Notes: generated by a model not told the origin, from the sequence alone. 64,000 nt of DNA from Candidatus Latescibacterota bacterium (GCA_965204745.1 OZ242010.1:1792001-1856000); one strand, 5' to 3'; positions 9,748 through 20,047 are shown, counted from the first letter of the stretch. Translations and numbers: made by a program.

Positions 9748-10743
9748 ATGGCTGACGTCAGATTTGGTATCATCGGGCTTGGGCGTGGGCGCACGGCTGC
9801 CAAGCAGGCCGCAGAAGCAGAGGGGGCCGCGTTGGCCTGCGTGTGCGATTTGCAAGCGGACAAGGCCGAGGATGTGGCCCATGCATTGGGATGCGACTGG
9901 ACAACGGATTACAAAGCGATGATCGCACGCGACGATGTCGATGCGGTCGGCATCTATACCTCCAGCGGCACGCATTGCGATTACGCCATCGAAGCCATTG
10001 CAGCGGGCAAACACGCATTTGTCACCAAGCCGATGGACATTCTCGTGGAGAAATGCGACGCGGCGATTCGCGCTGCAAAAGACGCGGGCAAGGTGCTCGC
10101 AGTGGATTTCGGAAATCGCTATTCCAAAGCCAATCAGCAGTTGAAAGCCGCCCTGGATCAGGGCATCATCGGGCAGATTTTTTTGGGCGACGTGAAGATG
10201 AAGTGGTGGCGCGAGCAGAGTTATTACAACGGGGGATTTCCCGCCGGATGGCGTAGCCGCAAAGAAACCGAGGGCGGGTCAATCGCCAATCAAGGCGTGC
10301 ATTTTGTCGATCTGATCTGCTGGCTACTCGGCCCGGTCAAAGAGGTCTATGGACGCAGCGCGACCATGACCCACGACATTGAGACCGAAGACATCACCAT
10401 CGCGCAGTTGACGTTTCAAAGCGGCGCGTGGGGTCTGATTACGACTACGACATCGAGTTATCCGAATTTGGGCACCCAAGTGGAGATCAGCGGCACAGAA
10501 GGCACAGTGAGATGGGATCAACGCGGCGGCGTAGAAGTCATCACCAAAGACGAGGAAGCCGTGGATTTGAGTCAGTTCGACATACCCGCCGCACCCGCCA
10601 ATATCGCAGAGGATATGGTGGCGGCAATCACAAAAGGTACGCCCCCTCTGGTGCCGGGCGAGGAAGGCAAGAAATCCGTAGAGGTCTTCTGCGCGGCTTA
10701 TGCGTCCTCAAAATCGGGCACGCCCGTGGTTGTCGATCAATAG
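9748..10743 (+). CDS. Gfo/Idh/MocA family oxidoreductase
   Basis: GIIGLG Rossmann fold, GKHAFVTKPM, NQGVHFVD. Confidence 0.9.
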   Translation: MADVRFGIIGLGRGRTAAKQAAEAEGAALACVCDLQADKAEDVAHALGCDWTTDYKAMIARDDVDAVGIYTSSGTHCDYAIEAIAAGKHAFVTKPMDILVEKCDAAIRAAKDAGKVLAVDFGNRYSKANQQLKAALDQGIIGQIFLGDVKMKWWREQSYYNGGFPAGWRSRKETEGGSIANQGVHFVDLICWLLGPVKEVYGRSATMTHDIETEDITIAQLTFQSGAWGLITTTTSSYPNLGTQVEISGTEGTVRWDQRGGVEVITKDEEAVDLSQFDIPAAPANIAEDMVAAITKGTPPLVPGEEGKKSVEVFCAAYASSKSGTPVVVDQ

Positions 10744-10784
10744 GGGTAAAAAAAAATACTCCCCTCCCCGAATCGGGAAGGGGG

Positions 10785-12152
10785 TAAGTAACAGTTCGCT
10801 ATAATCGTATCGTATCGTATAAAATCGTATATTATCGAGCGAAAGCAGTTGGTGTTGAAGATTGGATAGGTCAATGGTTAAGACGCACAAAAATGCACTG
10901 AAGCCGAATAAAGCCCAGGCGACGCGGTTGTCAAAGCACTGTGGCTATGCTCGTGTTGCGTATAATCACGCCCTCAATGCGTTCAAACACGCCCTGGATA
11001 TGGGCGTGTTTAAGTCGGTCTATACGCTCAAGCGGGAGTTCAATGCGGTCAAGTATGCCGAGTATGAATGGTCTGTCGAGTTGTCGCAGAACGCATCAAA
11101 GAACGCCATTCACGATTTGGACTTTGCCATCAAGAGGTGGCAAGACAAGAAATCGCCAGCGAGGTTTCCAAAACACCGCAAGCGGTCTGGTAAGCGTGCG
11201 TACCAAGCCGATAATGGGCCCGGTACGGTCAAGGTGGACGGCAAAAAGGTCTATCTCCCCAAAATTGGTTGGGTCAAGATGGCTGAGCGTCTGCGCTTTC
11301 CCGGCGAGATTGTCAAAGCCACGGTGACAAAGACGCATGGCCGCTGGTTTGTTTGTCTATCTGTCGATACTGGCGAGGCTGTGCCCGATAAGCGGTCTGG
11401 TGAACCCATCGGCATTGACATGGGCATCAAGACGCTGGCAACCTATTCGGACGGCACAACGATAGACAATCCAAAAGGATCAATTGATACGCAGTATCGG
11501 AAGTTGCGCCGAGTAGATAAAGCCATCGCACGCTCAAAGCATGTGCATGGCAAGAACCAACGCAGTAATCGCAGGCAACGCTTGTATGACCAACGCCAGC
11601 GCATCTACGGACGCATCACAACCATTCGCAACGATGTTCATCACAAAGCCACTTCCGCTTTGGTCAAAGTGACGACCGTTGGCAAGGTGATTGTCGAAAC
11701 GCTGAATGTCGCCGGTATGCGCCGCAACAAAAGCCTGTCGCGTGCGTTCCACCGCGCCGGCATCGCAGGCTTCTTGCGTATGTTGGCGTATAAGTGCGAA
11801 TGGTCTGGCGTGGCCTTTGAGAAAGCCGACAGGTGGTTTGCCAGCACGAAGACATGCTCTGGCTGTGGACAGCGCAAGGTTGCGATGGATTTGTCAGAGC
11901 GTGAGTATGTCTGCTTGTCCTGCGGACTAGTTCTTGACCGCGATTTGAACGCGGCAAGAAATCTTGCACAATACGACGCGGCAAGCCCTGCCGAGTCGAT
12001 AAACGGATGTGGAGGAACGATAAGACGGACACGAGGTTGTAAGCGCGTGGACGCACGCCCAAAGAAGCGTCAATCGAATCAACTGTCATTGGCTTTTGTG
12101 TAGCATGCGATAGTATGCGATAAAGTCGATTTCATACAATTTGAAGGAGCGG
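10785..12152 (+). mobile_element. IS607-like element, tnpB only (E1)
   Basis: left end GG|TAAGTAACAGT followed by ATCGTAT repeats; right end with ATGCGATA repeats ending TTTGAAGGAGCGG; no TIR/TSD; no tnpA. Confidence 0.8.
10874..12103 (+). CDS. tnpB: RNA-guided endonuclease TnpB
   Basis: N-terminal HTH; RuvC triad GIDMG / IVETL / DRDLNAA; CSGC..CLSC zinc finger. Confidence 0.95.
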   Translation: MVKTHKNALKPNKAQATRLSKHCGYARVAYNHALNAFKHALDMGVFKSVYTLKREFNAVKYAEYEWSVELSQNASKNAIHDLDFAIKRWQDKKSPARFPKHRKRSGKRAYQADNGPGTVKVDGKKVYLPKIGWVKMAERLRFPGEIVKATVTKTHGRWFVCLSVDTGEAVPDKRSGEPIGIDMGIKTLATYSDGTTIDNPKGSIDTQYRKLRRVDKAIARSKHVHGKNQRSNRRQRLYDQRQRIYGRITTIRNDVHHKATSALVKVTTVGKVIVETLNVAGMRRNKSLSRAFHRAGIAGFLRMLAYKCEWSGVAFEKADRWFASTKTCSGCGQRKVAMDLSEREYVCLSCGLVLDRDLNAARNLAQYDAASPAESINGCGGTIRRTRGCKRVDARPKKRQSNQLSLAFV

Positions 12153-12172
12153 CATATTTCGTTACTCTGCCA
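11977..12172 (+). ncRNA. predicted omegaRNA of E1 (scaffold overlaps the tnpB 3' end; guide is the flank)
   Basis: position at the right end is typical of TnpB; scaffold is conserved with 61220-61377 (reverse complement); boundaries approximate. Confidence 0.75.
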
Positions 12173-12666
12173 TGGCTGAATCATTGGAAATCGCACTCGG
12201 CAAGGTGCTCCGAGAACGCGGTTGGACCATCGCGGTTGCGGAAACCACGACCGGGGGCCTGATCAGTGCCCGCATCGTCGCAGTGCCGGGCAGTTCGACC
12301 TATTTCGAGCGCGGGGTCGTTGCGTATAGCAAGGCGTCCAAATGCGAGATGCTCGGCATAGACGAGCAGGCACTCAACACTTATGGCGCGGTGAGCGCGG
12401 AAGCGGCCCGCGCCATGGCCATAGGCATACAAAAAGCGAGCGGTGCGAATTTGGGCTTGGCCGAAACCGGCATCGCAGGCCCGATTCGCGGTCGATCCCC
12501 AAAACCCATCGGCACAGCGTACATCGCCCTTGCCAGCGCGACGGGTGTGACGTGCAAACGAGTTCAATTCCCCGGCGACCGCGATGCCATTCGCAACGCC
12601 ATCACAACAGCGGCCCTGCAACTGGCGATTAAAGCGGTGAAAGCAACCCCCGATAATCACGGATGA
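12172..12666 (+). CDS. CinA C-terminal / NMN deamidase family protein
   Basis: AVAETTTGG, VAYS...K, YGAVS, TGIAGP. Confidence 0.88.
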   Translation: MAESLEIALGKVLRERGWTIAVAETTTGGLISARIVAVPGSSTYFERGVVAYSKASKCEMLGIDEQALNTYGAVSAEAARAMAIGIQKASGANLGLAETGIAGPIRGRSPKPIGTAYIALASATGVTCKRVQFPGDRDAIRNAITTAALQLAIKAVKATPDNHG

Positions 12667-12979
12667 ACACCGATAAGAAGCGCGTAGTGGCGAGGCCACT
12701 GGATTAAGGCGTTCCAGTGCAGGCCCTTCGAGCAACGCGAAAATCGCGCATACCGGCGTGACGAATGACGGCAGGGCTTTGTCTTCAGACGGGCACGGGG
12801 CAAGTCTCGGTTTTGGGCGGCAGGGCGGGGCGGCCTTCTCACCTCTCCCATCTCACGCCTTTCGGCCGGGCCGGGCGGCAGGGCGGGGACTGACCACTGA
12901 CCGCTTGATTACCATTGATTTTTTGCTCTTCCAAATGTATTTTTTTGCACATTGTTCAACCATGACTCTGGAGGCTCGT

Positions 12980-13327
12980 ATGAAAATTTCGGAAAAAATT
13001 CGCGACGATGTCGCGGTCTTGACCCTGTCGGGCGAATTGATGAGCGGCCCCGAAGTCGCCCCATTTCAAGACCACATCAAGAAACTCGTCAGCGAGGGCA
13101 TGAAAAAAGTGGTGGTCGATTTTTCCAAGGTGCGATGGTTTGGCAGTGCTATGCTGGGCGTGCTAACCGCGAGTTTGACCACATTGCGCGGCGAAGGCGG
13201 CGATTTGCGGCTGACCGGTGTCACCCGAAAGATCGAGAGCATTTTGATGGTGACGCAGTTGGCGAATATCTTTCAAACCCTCGACACCATAGATAGGGCT
13301 GTGGAGAGTTTTGCAGACGACGCCTAG
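12980..13327 (+). CDS. STAS anti-sigma factor antagonist
   Basis: VVVDFSKVRWFGSAMLGVL; RBS GGAGG. Confidence 0.9.
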   Translation: MKISEKIRDDVAVLTLSGELMSGPEVAPFQDHIKKLVSEGMKKVVVDFSKVRWFGSAMLGVLTASLTTLRGEGGDLRLTGVTRKIESILMVTQLANIFQTLDTIDRAVESFADDA

Positions 13328-13391
13328 CGTTTCTCGTTGTCGAAAATCCCGCGTTGCGTTTTGCAACTCCTATTAAACGTTTGCCAAACCC

Positions 13392-13480
13392 ATGAAAGTG
13401 AAACAGCCATGCGCGGCGATGGCGCGGTTTTGACGGTATCGAGCACGCTGATGAGTGGGCCTACGCTCGTGCCTTTTCAC
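13392..13480 (+). pseudogene. N-terminal remnant of a second STAS gene
   Basis: ETAMRGDGAVLTVSSTLMSGPTLVPF aligns with EKIRDDVAVLTLSGELMSGPEVAPF; frameshift after the ATG. Confidence 0.7.
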
Positions 13481-13482
13481 AC

Positions 13483-13902
13483 CTATTCCGTATTCTGTCC
13501 CTGGGGGATTGCGGTCAAGGTGAACGGATTTGCGATTGTGGTCTCGCCGAAACGCTTGAGGAGTTGGGCCTCGTTGCGCGCGTCGATATTCTCATCGCGG
13601 AGAATACGCTGAATGGCCGGTTGCTTCAAGCCGGGGATGCGAATGGCGAAAAACGGCCACAACGCTTCGGATTCGTAGTGCTTGTCCAGACGCGGAAAGT
13701 TGGTGATCGGATAAATATCCTTCTTGCGCCGGAAGGCATCGGTGTACTCGAAATGCCACTTGCCGTCGTGGAGCCATAGACGGCCCACCTCCAAGTCGCG
13801 GTCTTGCAACAGGAAGTCGGCTTCCTCGTGTTTCGGGGGACGGAGGCCCTCCCGGCCATCTTGGCGGGATAGCATCTTTTTTAGAGTCGAGATCGAGATC
13901 AT
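13483..13902 (-). CDS. HipA N-terminal-like (HipS/couple_hipA) protein
   Basis: VGRL...WHFEY...LWPFFAIRIP; ATGA-coupled to the kinase gene. Confidence 0.8.
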   Translation of the reverse strand: MISISTLKKMLSRQDGREGLRPPKHEEADFLLQDRDLEVGRLWLHDGKWHFEYTDAFRRKKDIYPITNFPRLDKHYESEALWPFFAIRIPGLKQPAIQRILRDENIDARNEAQLLKRFGETTIANPFTLTAIPQGQNTE

Positions 13903-14951
13903 GGGGATTCCTCTGTTGAGGTGTCGGAAACGGTCATCAATTCCAAACGCTGTTTTAAGCAGGTCAGGATCATCTCCCGTCGCAAGGGACTCATGAGTAG
14001 GCTGAACTCGGTGGCGAGCATCTCTTGAACCCGTTGTAAGAGTTGGGGACGACAAAGGGCCTCCAATGCTGGACGAAGCGCGGGATAAGCGCGGTGGATT
14101 TTCTGGATCAGGGCGAAATGATTGAGGTTTTTCTCACCATCCCACCCTGTCTTTGGACGCGAGTTCTCGATGTACCGCTTGAGGAAAGTCGGCAGTCGAT
14201 TCGGATCGGGAGTTTGTTTAATGGCTTGCAGTTTCAACTCCGAGTCGTTCCAGAAAAGTGCCCGTGCGCTGTCGTAAATAGGCGAAAAATAAGGATCGTG
14301 CTCGCATCTTTTGTGAACGACCACCCCCCAATTGTAATGGTGTCGGTCATTATTGCCCACGATAGCGTCAAAAGCGAGCATCCGAGTGTACTCCTTTAGA
14401 ATGGAACGTGCTTGGTCAGGGAACTGCCCTCGAATTGCCTCCGCAACAAACTGGAATGTGAACAAGTCTCGGGTCTCGCCAGCCTGCTCAACCTCCTCTA
14501 CAAACGCCTCATCTTCCAAGTAACCTCCGAAAATCTCGGCTCCGTGAACGAGTTTTTGATTGCGCCCGAGAAAATACCGGCTTAGAAAGCGAACCTGCCC
14601 ATGCGCTGAAACGAGGGAAGATTCGGCCATTTGCAGGCCGAGTAATTGTCCGATTCGCGTAAGCAGGTGCTCTGTGACAGATTCATTGGGATACCATTTA
14701 TGTCCAACCTTGGCAATATACGCAGGCCACTTGCGAGGATTGGATCGCTTGCCCATTCCGTAGGTGTAGGCGCGTATGAAGTTCTTTGGCGCGTCACCGG
14801 CAATGGCTTGGTCCACGACGTAATAATATCCCTTGCGAAGCGGCGGCAACGCGCTTTGGCTGTTTATCTCGAAGCCAGACCGATTGATCACGTTCTCACG
14901 AGATAGCCGTTGCTTCAATAGACCAGAGCGATAGAGGGGGCGAATTGGCAC
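13899..14951 (-). CDS. HipA-like Ser/Thr kinase
   Basis: GDAPK loop, YIAK, FDAIVGNNDRHHYN, SPIYDS. Confidence 0.88.
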   Translation of the reverse strand: MPIRPLYRSGLLKQRLSRENVINRSGFEINSQSALPPLRKGYYYVVDQAIAGDAPKNFIRAYTYGMGKRSNPRKWPAYIAKVGHKWYPNESVTEHLLTRIGQLLGLQMAESSLVSAHGQVRFLSRYFLGRNQKLVHGAEIFGGYLEDEAFVEEVEQAGETRDLFTFQFVAEAIRGQFPDQARSILKEYTRMLAFDAIVGNNDRHHYNWGVVVHKRCEHDPYFSPIYDSARALFWNDSELKLQAIKQTPDPNRLPTFLKRYIENSRPKTGWDGEKNLNHFALIQKIHRAYPALRPALEALCRPQLLQRVQEMLATEFSLLMSPLRREMILTCLKQRLELMTVSDTSTEESP

Positions 14952-15194
14952 AGTAGTTTATTTGACGACCACATTATTCATTCGGAGCGTTACAAAACAC
15001 TTTTGACCACCCAAACACGTCACTTTTTTTGCTTGAGCAGGTTGTCGGAATCTCCTGCCTATGTCAAGTTGTAAATTTCATTGATTTCGCGTAGCAGTTC
15101 TGCCGCGCTGTTATTTTGCTTTACACGCAAACCCTTTTTGCATATCATTTTGACGCTTTTGGACGATGTGTTCACACCCATAGGAGATCGCGTG

Positions 15195-15479
15195 ATGGCC
15201 GCCAAAATTTCGACGATATTTACGGACTATGAAGAAGCCAACAAGGGTTTGGATCAGACGAGCAGCAAGTTCGATACGGAGCAGGAAACCCCGGTTGAAG
15301 AGTATTGCTGCATCACGGGCGAGCCGGTGAAAGCGAGTTTTTGCCGGTACCCGGACGAGAAAGAAGGCACGATGATGGTCATGTCAAAAGAGCAGATGCT
15401 TTGCCACTCCCGCAATGGGGGCAGTATTTCAGAGGTTTTCAAACAGGTTTTGACGCTTCGCCGAAAGCGGGAAAAATAA
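15195..15479 (+). CDS. hypothetical protein (94 aa)
   Basis: AGGAG RBS and protein-like composition; no family recognised. Confidence 0.65.
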   Translation: MAAKISTIFTDYEEANKGLDQTSSKFDTEQETPVEEYCCITGEPVKASFCRYPDEKEGTMMVMSKEQMLCHSRNGGSISEVFKQVLTLRRKREK

Positions 15480-15536
15480 GCGGTATCCCGCATTCGGCGA
15501 GCATTTCCCCCGCTATCCCCTCCACTTTTTTGAGAC

Positions 15537-16421
15537 ATGCGCGTGAAAGACGGCGTTTTGAAATACGGTTTTGTAGGCCCCGCGCTGATCTTTCTCATCG
15601 CTTTCAACGTCTTTCCCCTCCTCTACAATATTTACCTCAGCTTTACGGATGCCGAACTCAGCGGCGGATTGGCGCGGGCTGTCGGCGGGCGCAACTACGG
15701 CGTCATTTTCGACGACACGCGCTACGGCGCGGCCCTTCGCACAACCGGGCTCTTCGTGGTTCTATCAGTCGGGGTCGAACTCATTTTGGGCTTTGCCCTG
15801 GCCCTGGCCCTTCGCAAACCCTTTTGGGGCAAGCCCGTGGTGACGACCGTCCTCCTCGTGCCCATGATGCTCTCTCCGGCGGTGATGGGCCTGTACTGGA
15901 ATTTTATCCTGAATGGTCATTACGGCGTCGTGAACCAAGCCCTAGCTGTTGTTGGCCTTTTTCAACCGCAATGGCTGACGGACCCGGATTTGAAACTCCT
16001 GTCCATTTTGATGATCGACATCTGGATGTGGACGCCGTTTATGATGCTCATTGCCCTTGCAGGTCTCAACGCCATTCCCCCGCATTTGTACGAGGCCGCG
16101 GCCATTGATCGCGCGTCCAACTGGACGGTTTTTCGGCGCATTACCCTGCCCTTGTGCTCGCCCCTCCTCTTTCTCGCGGTCTTGTTGCGTACCACCGATG
16201 CCCTCAAGCAATTCGATTTGGTAATGGCGGTGACCGGGCCGAATGATCGCGCGACGCAAACCCTGAGTGCCTTGCTCTATCAGGTGATGTTTCGCGGGTA
16301 TAAAATCGGGTTGGGCAGCGCGTATAGCCTCGTCATTCTCGGGATCGTCATCGCGCTCGCCAGTGTTTTTATCCGCTACATCGCGGGCATTCACGCGAAA
16401 CAGGGGAGGGATGTGGCATGA
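15537..16421 (+). CDS. carbohydrate ABC transporter permease
   Basis: EAAAIDRAS loop, WMWTPFMMLI. Confidence 0.93.
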   Translation: MRVKDGVLKYGFVGPALIFLIAFNVFPLLYNIYLSFTDAELSGGLARAVGGRNYGVIFDDTRYGAALRTTGLFVVLSVGVELILGFALALALRKPFWGKPVVTTVLLVPMMLSPAVMGLYWNFILNGHYGVVNQALAVVGLFQPQWLTDPDLKLLSILMIDIWMWTPFMMLIALAGLNAIPPHLYEAAAIDRASNWTVFRRITLPLCSPLLFLAVLLRTTDALKQFDLVMAVTGPNDRATQTLSALLYQVMFRGYKIGLGSAYSLVILGIVIALASVFIRYIAGIHAKQGRDVA

Positions 16422-17281
16422 GGTTTTGGCGATGGCTCGTTATCGCGCCCTATTTTTTGTTGGCAACCCTGCCGTTGTGCTGGCTTTTTTTGACGTCGTT
16501 GAAAACGCAGGAGGCCGCAATCAGTTCTACGGCGTCTCTCATTCCGACTGCTGATGAGCATGTCGCGCCCGGCGGACTCAAATTTTCCGCTACGGGGGAC
16601 GCGTACCGCAAGTTGGCAACGCCGCACACGGGCAAGGCGCACGCCTTTTTTCACTACTTGTTCAACAGCGTCATCATCGGCCTGCTCAGCACGTTGGCGT
16701 CGGTCGTTCTCGGAACGGGTTGTGCGTATGGCTTTAGCCGATTCCGCATTGCAGGTGCGCGAGATTGGCTTTTTTTTATTTTGTCCACCCGGTTTCTGCC
16801 GCCGCTCGCGGTCGTGGTTCCGGTGTTGATGATGTACCGCTTGTTCGACCTGCCCAATACACACTTGGGCCTCATCCTGCTCTACACGGCGTTCAACCTG
16901 TCGCTCGCGGTCTGGCTGATGAAGGGGTTTATCGACGACATTCCCCGCGCGTATGAGGAAGCCGCGCTCGTGGATGGATACAGCCCGTTTCAGGCGTTTT
17001 ACAAAATCATCTTGCCCCACTCGGCGACCGGCATGGCGGTGACAGCGGTTTTCTGTTTGATTTCCGCGTGGAATGAATACGGGTTCGCGCTCGCGCTCAA
17101 CAATGCAGAAGCCGTAACTGTGCCGGTGTATTTTGCCGGGCTTCAAGGCAATATCCAAGGCATCCCCTGGCCGCAAATCGCCGCGGGCGTGCTCATTTTC
17201 GTCGCGCCCATCGCGATTTTCACCGTGCTCGTCCGCAAGCACCTGCTGCGCGGGGTGACGTTTGGGACGATTAAGCAGTGA
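16418..17281 (+). CDS. carbohydrate ABC transporter permease
   Basis: EEAALVDG, AWNEYGFAL. Confidence 0.93.
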   Translation: MRFWRWLVIAPYFLLATLPLCWLFLTSLKTQEAAISSTASLIPTADEHVAPGGLKFSATGDAYRKLATPHTGKAHAFFHYLFNSVIIGLLSTLASVVLGTGCAYGFSRFRIAGARDWLFFILSTRFLPPLAVVVPVLMMYRLFDLPNTHLGLILLYTAFNLSLAVWLMKGFIDDIPRAYEEAALVDGYSPFQAFYKIILPHSATGMAVTAVFCLISAWNEYGFALALNNAEAVTVPVYFAGLQGNIQGIPWPQIAAGVLIFVAPIAIFTVLVRKHLLRGVTFGTIKQ

Positions 17282-17343
17282 AGCAAGACGGAAGACGGAA
17301 GACGGGAGAAGACCTACACTCACTGCTCGCCTTTTGTGTTTTT

Positions 17344-17389
17344 GTGCCTTTGAACTGGCTGTCGCCAGTTGTACCCCGCTCGTGGCTAA
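17344..17389 (-). repeat. palindromic repeat R1
   Basis: CTTTGAACTGGCTGTCGCCAGTTGTACCCCGCTCGTGGCTA. Confidence 0.85.
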
Positions 17390-17535
17390 CCCCCATCTCG
17401 CTTGGGCGCGGTGCGGTGCGGAGACTGACTACTTCCCTCAATCCGCAACATGTGGAAGGAAATCCCCTCGCTATCCCTCTATATGGAGAATATCGGTTGC
17501 GGGGGTTCAAAGTACAGTTCCAAGGCACCTAAGCT

Positions 17536-18570
17536 TTATGGTACGAGGTGAACCTTGACCGAGCCGGAGTGTTTGTCGGCGGCGGTGTGGAAGGCGGCGG
17601 CGATGTCGGCAAAGGGATAGTGGTGGGTAACGAGTTTGGTCGCTTGCACGCGCCCCGACGCGATGAGGTCGATGGCGATGTCGAAATCGGTTCGCATGCC
17701 GCTAAAGCCGTAGCAATTGGAGCCGGTGATGTTGACCTCTGACCAGACGATAGAACGCAGATCGACTTCGAGGGGCTTGAAGTAGCCGGCGACGAGGACA
17801 ATCATGGCATGGCGGCGCGCTATGGCGATGGAATCGTCAAAATTCTGCGCGGTGCCCACGGTCTCGATGACCGCGTCATATCCCAGGCCATCGGTGAGGT
17901 CTTTGACCACATCCTTCACATCGGTCACTGTAATATCCACAACGCGATCCGCGCCCAAGTCCTTGGCCAGGGCCGCTTGTTGGGGGTATTTGGTGGTGAT
18001 GAGGGTTTCGCGCACGCCAATGGCTTTGGCAACCGCGAGGCAGAGTTGACCAATGGTTCCGCCGCCGATGATGGCGACCCGGTCTTGATAAGATGCCTTT
18101 GCCTGCGCCAATGCGCGATGTGCTACTGCGAGGGGTTCGACCAACGCGCCTTGTTCAAAGGTCAGGTCGGGTAATTTGAAAACGCTGTTTGCGTGCGCGG
18201 TCGTGTATTCGGCAAACCCGCCGTGCGACCCGCCCGAAAACCACTTGCGGTTGCGGCAGTGGTTGTATGCCCCAATGCGGCAGTAGTGGCAGGTGCGACA
18301 ATGCGAAAAGCACTCGGCGGTGACGAGGTCCCCGGGTTGGATGCCGGTCACGCCCTCGCCGACTTCGGTCACTGTGCCGCACAATTCGTGCCCGGTGGCG
18401 CGTTCATGCGTGGGCGGCCATTCGCCAAAGTAGTTGTGCAAATCGCTCCCGCAAATGCCGGAGCTTTTTGTTTTCAGGGTGATATACCCCGGCGCAGGGG
18501 GTTGGTATTCCACCTCTTGCCATTCAATTTCGCGGATGCCTTTGTAAAGCGCGGCTTTCATGGTGGTCAT
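17536..18570 (-). CDS. zinc-dependent alcohol dehydrogenase (MDR family)
   Basis: GICGSD, GHE, CxxCxxC, IIGGGTIG. Confidence 0.93.
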   Translation of the reverse strand: MTTMKAALYKGIREIEWQEVEYQPPAPGYITLKTKSSGICGSDLHNYFGEWPPTHERATGHELCGTVTEVGEGVTGIQPGDLVTAECFSHCRTCHYCRIGAYNHCRNRKWFSGGSHGGFAEYTTAHANSVFKLPDLTFEQGALVEPLAVAHRALAQAKASYQDRVAIIGGGTIGQLCLAVAKAIGVRETLITTKYPQQAALAKDLGADRVVDITVTDVKDVVKDLTDGLGYDAVIETVGTAQNFDDSIAIARRHAMIVLVAGYFKPLEVDLRSIVWSEVNITGSNCYGFSGMRTDFDIAIDLIASGRVQATKLVTHHYPFADIAAAFHTAADKHSGSVKVHLVP

Positions 18571-18680
18571 GGGAATCTCCTGTGGGAATGGACGGAACGG
18601 GGGACAACTGCAATAGCAGTTCATTGAAGCGTGTAATGGTTGGGGGATTGGGCGGGGACTGACCACTGACTACTGACTAC

Positions 18681-19064
18681 TAGGTTGTGTTGACATTTCA
18701 TTTTTTTGACGTTACGCCCAGAGTAGCAACTGTGTTGCTTCTTGCTCATTTAAGGCGTTTCCTTTGATGGCTTCTCGGTCTGATTGCTCTGATGGCGTTG
18801 ACCGAGGGGACCTATCCCCCGGCCCCTTTCCTACGAGGAAAGGGGAGTAAAGTGCCTTTGATGGCTTCTCGCTCTGGTTGCTCTGATGGCGTTGCGCGAG
18901 GGTATAAAGCGATTAAATATCCCTCATCAATCCCCTCGCAAAACCGCTCACAGTTCCCCCCTTCCTCGCAGGAAGGGGGGTTAGGGGGGTAGGTCCGATA
19001 GAACTTGATTTTTTCGATAAACCGCTCAAGCCAGTTGCTTTGCTCGTAAATGTCAACAGAACCT
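18681..19064 (-). mobile_element. IS5-derived MITE carrying cargo A
   Basis: TIRs AGGTTGTGTTGACATTT / AAATGTCAACAGAACCT; sits inside a CTGAC(C/T)A heptamer run. Confidence 0.8.
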
Positions 19065-19081
19065 GACCACTAACCACTCAT

Positions 19082-20047
19082 CTATGGTCGCAGTTCGCCC
19101 AGTGATCGTTCGCCGGGGTGGACAAATTCCACGGTTGGGCTTTCAACGCGGCCATACGCATGCCACACCTTGAAGCCGAGTAGCGCGAGCAAGTCGACCG
19201 AGGCATGGGCGAGGACTTCGGGCGACGTGCCCAAAGTGAAGTTTTCTTGCGGCCGGAACTGGGGGCCGCAAAAGGTGGTGAGAATGGCCCAGCGCAGTTG
19301 ATCGCCCACATTGGCGCCCGTGCCGTGCCAGATCCGGCCGTCGAGAAACCCAACTGTGCCGGGCGGGCCTTCCAAAGCCACGGTCTCAACCGCGTTGTCA
19401 TCTGAATGATCCGGGCGGCGTCCCCAAAGGTGGCTGCGCGGAACGACGCGGGTGCCGCCGTTTTCGGATGTGAACGCGCCGATCATCCACACCACATTGA
19501 CGACCACGCGCGGCGAGATGAACGAGGCGTTGGGTTCGTCTGTTTGTTCGCGGGTGATGGAACCCACGGGCAAATGCGCTCTGTGTGGGCGCGTGGGCGC
19601 GGGCATCCACCACTGATCCGTGTGCAGGCGCATGGCAACGCCGCCGGGCTTGGCGATATTGGCCGAATGGCTCGACAGCAAATAATCATGGCCCAAGGCG
19701 TGATCCGCGATGTTGCGGACGCCGGCGTGTGAGAGCAGGTCTCGAAAGACGCGGCCTTTGTTGATCAGCATCCACACGCGCTGGTTGATCCCTCCTGCGG
19801 ACTGCGTAAATGCCCGAGCGCGCACCTGCCCATCCGAGTCCCGAAAGTCGCCCCAATTCTGCTTCGCGCCCCCGTCTTCAAATGCGAGGCCGCGTTGCTT
19901 TTCCGCGATGGCCTGTTCTCGCAGGCGGGTTTTGATTTTTGACAGGGATTCTGCGTCGAGTGCGTTGGCGAGCAAGCCATAGCCGTACGTGTCGAGTTGC
20001 GCTTTGACCTGCGCGAGGTCTTCGGTGGGATGTGGCAGGTTAGACAT
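19082..20047 (-). CDS. phytanoyl-CoA dioxygenase (PhyH) family protein
   Basis: LHTDQ, NGGTRVVPRSH, IWHG...R facial triad. Confidence 0.9.
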   Translation of the reverse strand: MSNLPHPTEDLAQVKAQLDTYGYGLLANALDAESLSKIKTRLREQAIAEKQRGLAFEDGGAKQNWGDFRDSDGQVRARAFTQSAGGINQRVWMLINKGRVFRDLLSHAGVRNIADHALGHDYLLSSHSANIAKPGGVAMRLHTDQWWMPAPTRPHRAHLPVGSITREQTDEPNASFISPRVVVNVVWMIGAFTSENGGTRVVPRSHLWGRRPDHSDDNAVETVALEGPPGTVGFLDGRIWHGTGANVGDQLRWAILTTFCGPQFRPQENFTLGTSPEVLAHASVDLLALLGFKVWHAYGRVESPTVEFVHPGERSLGELRP

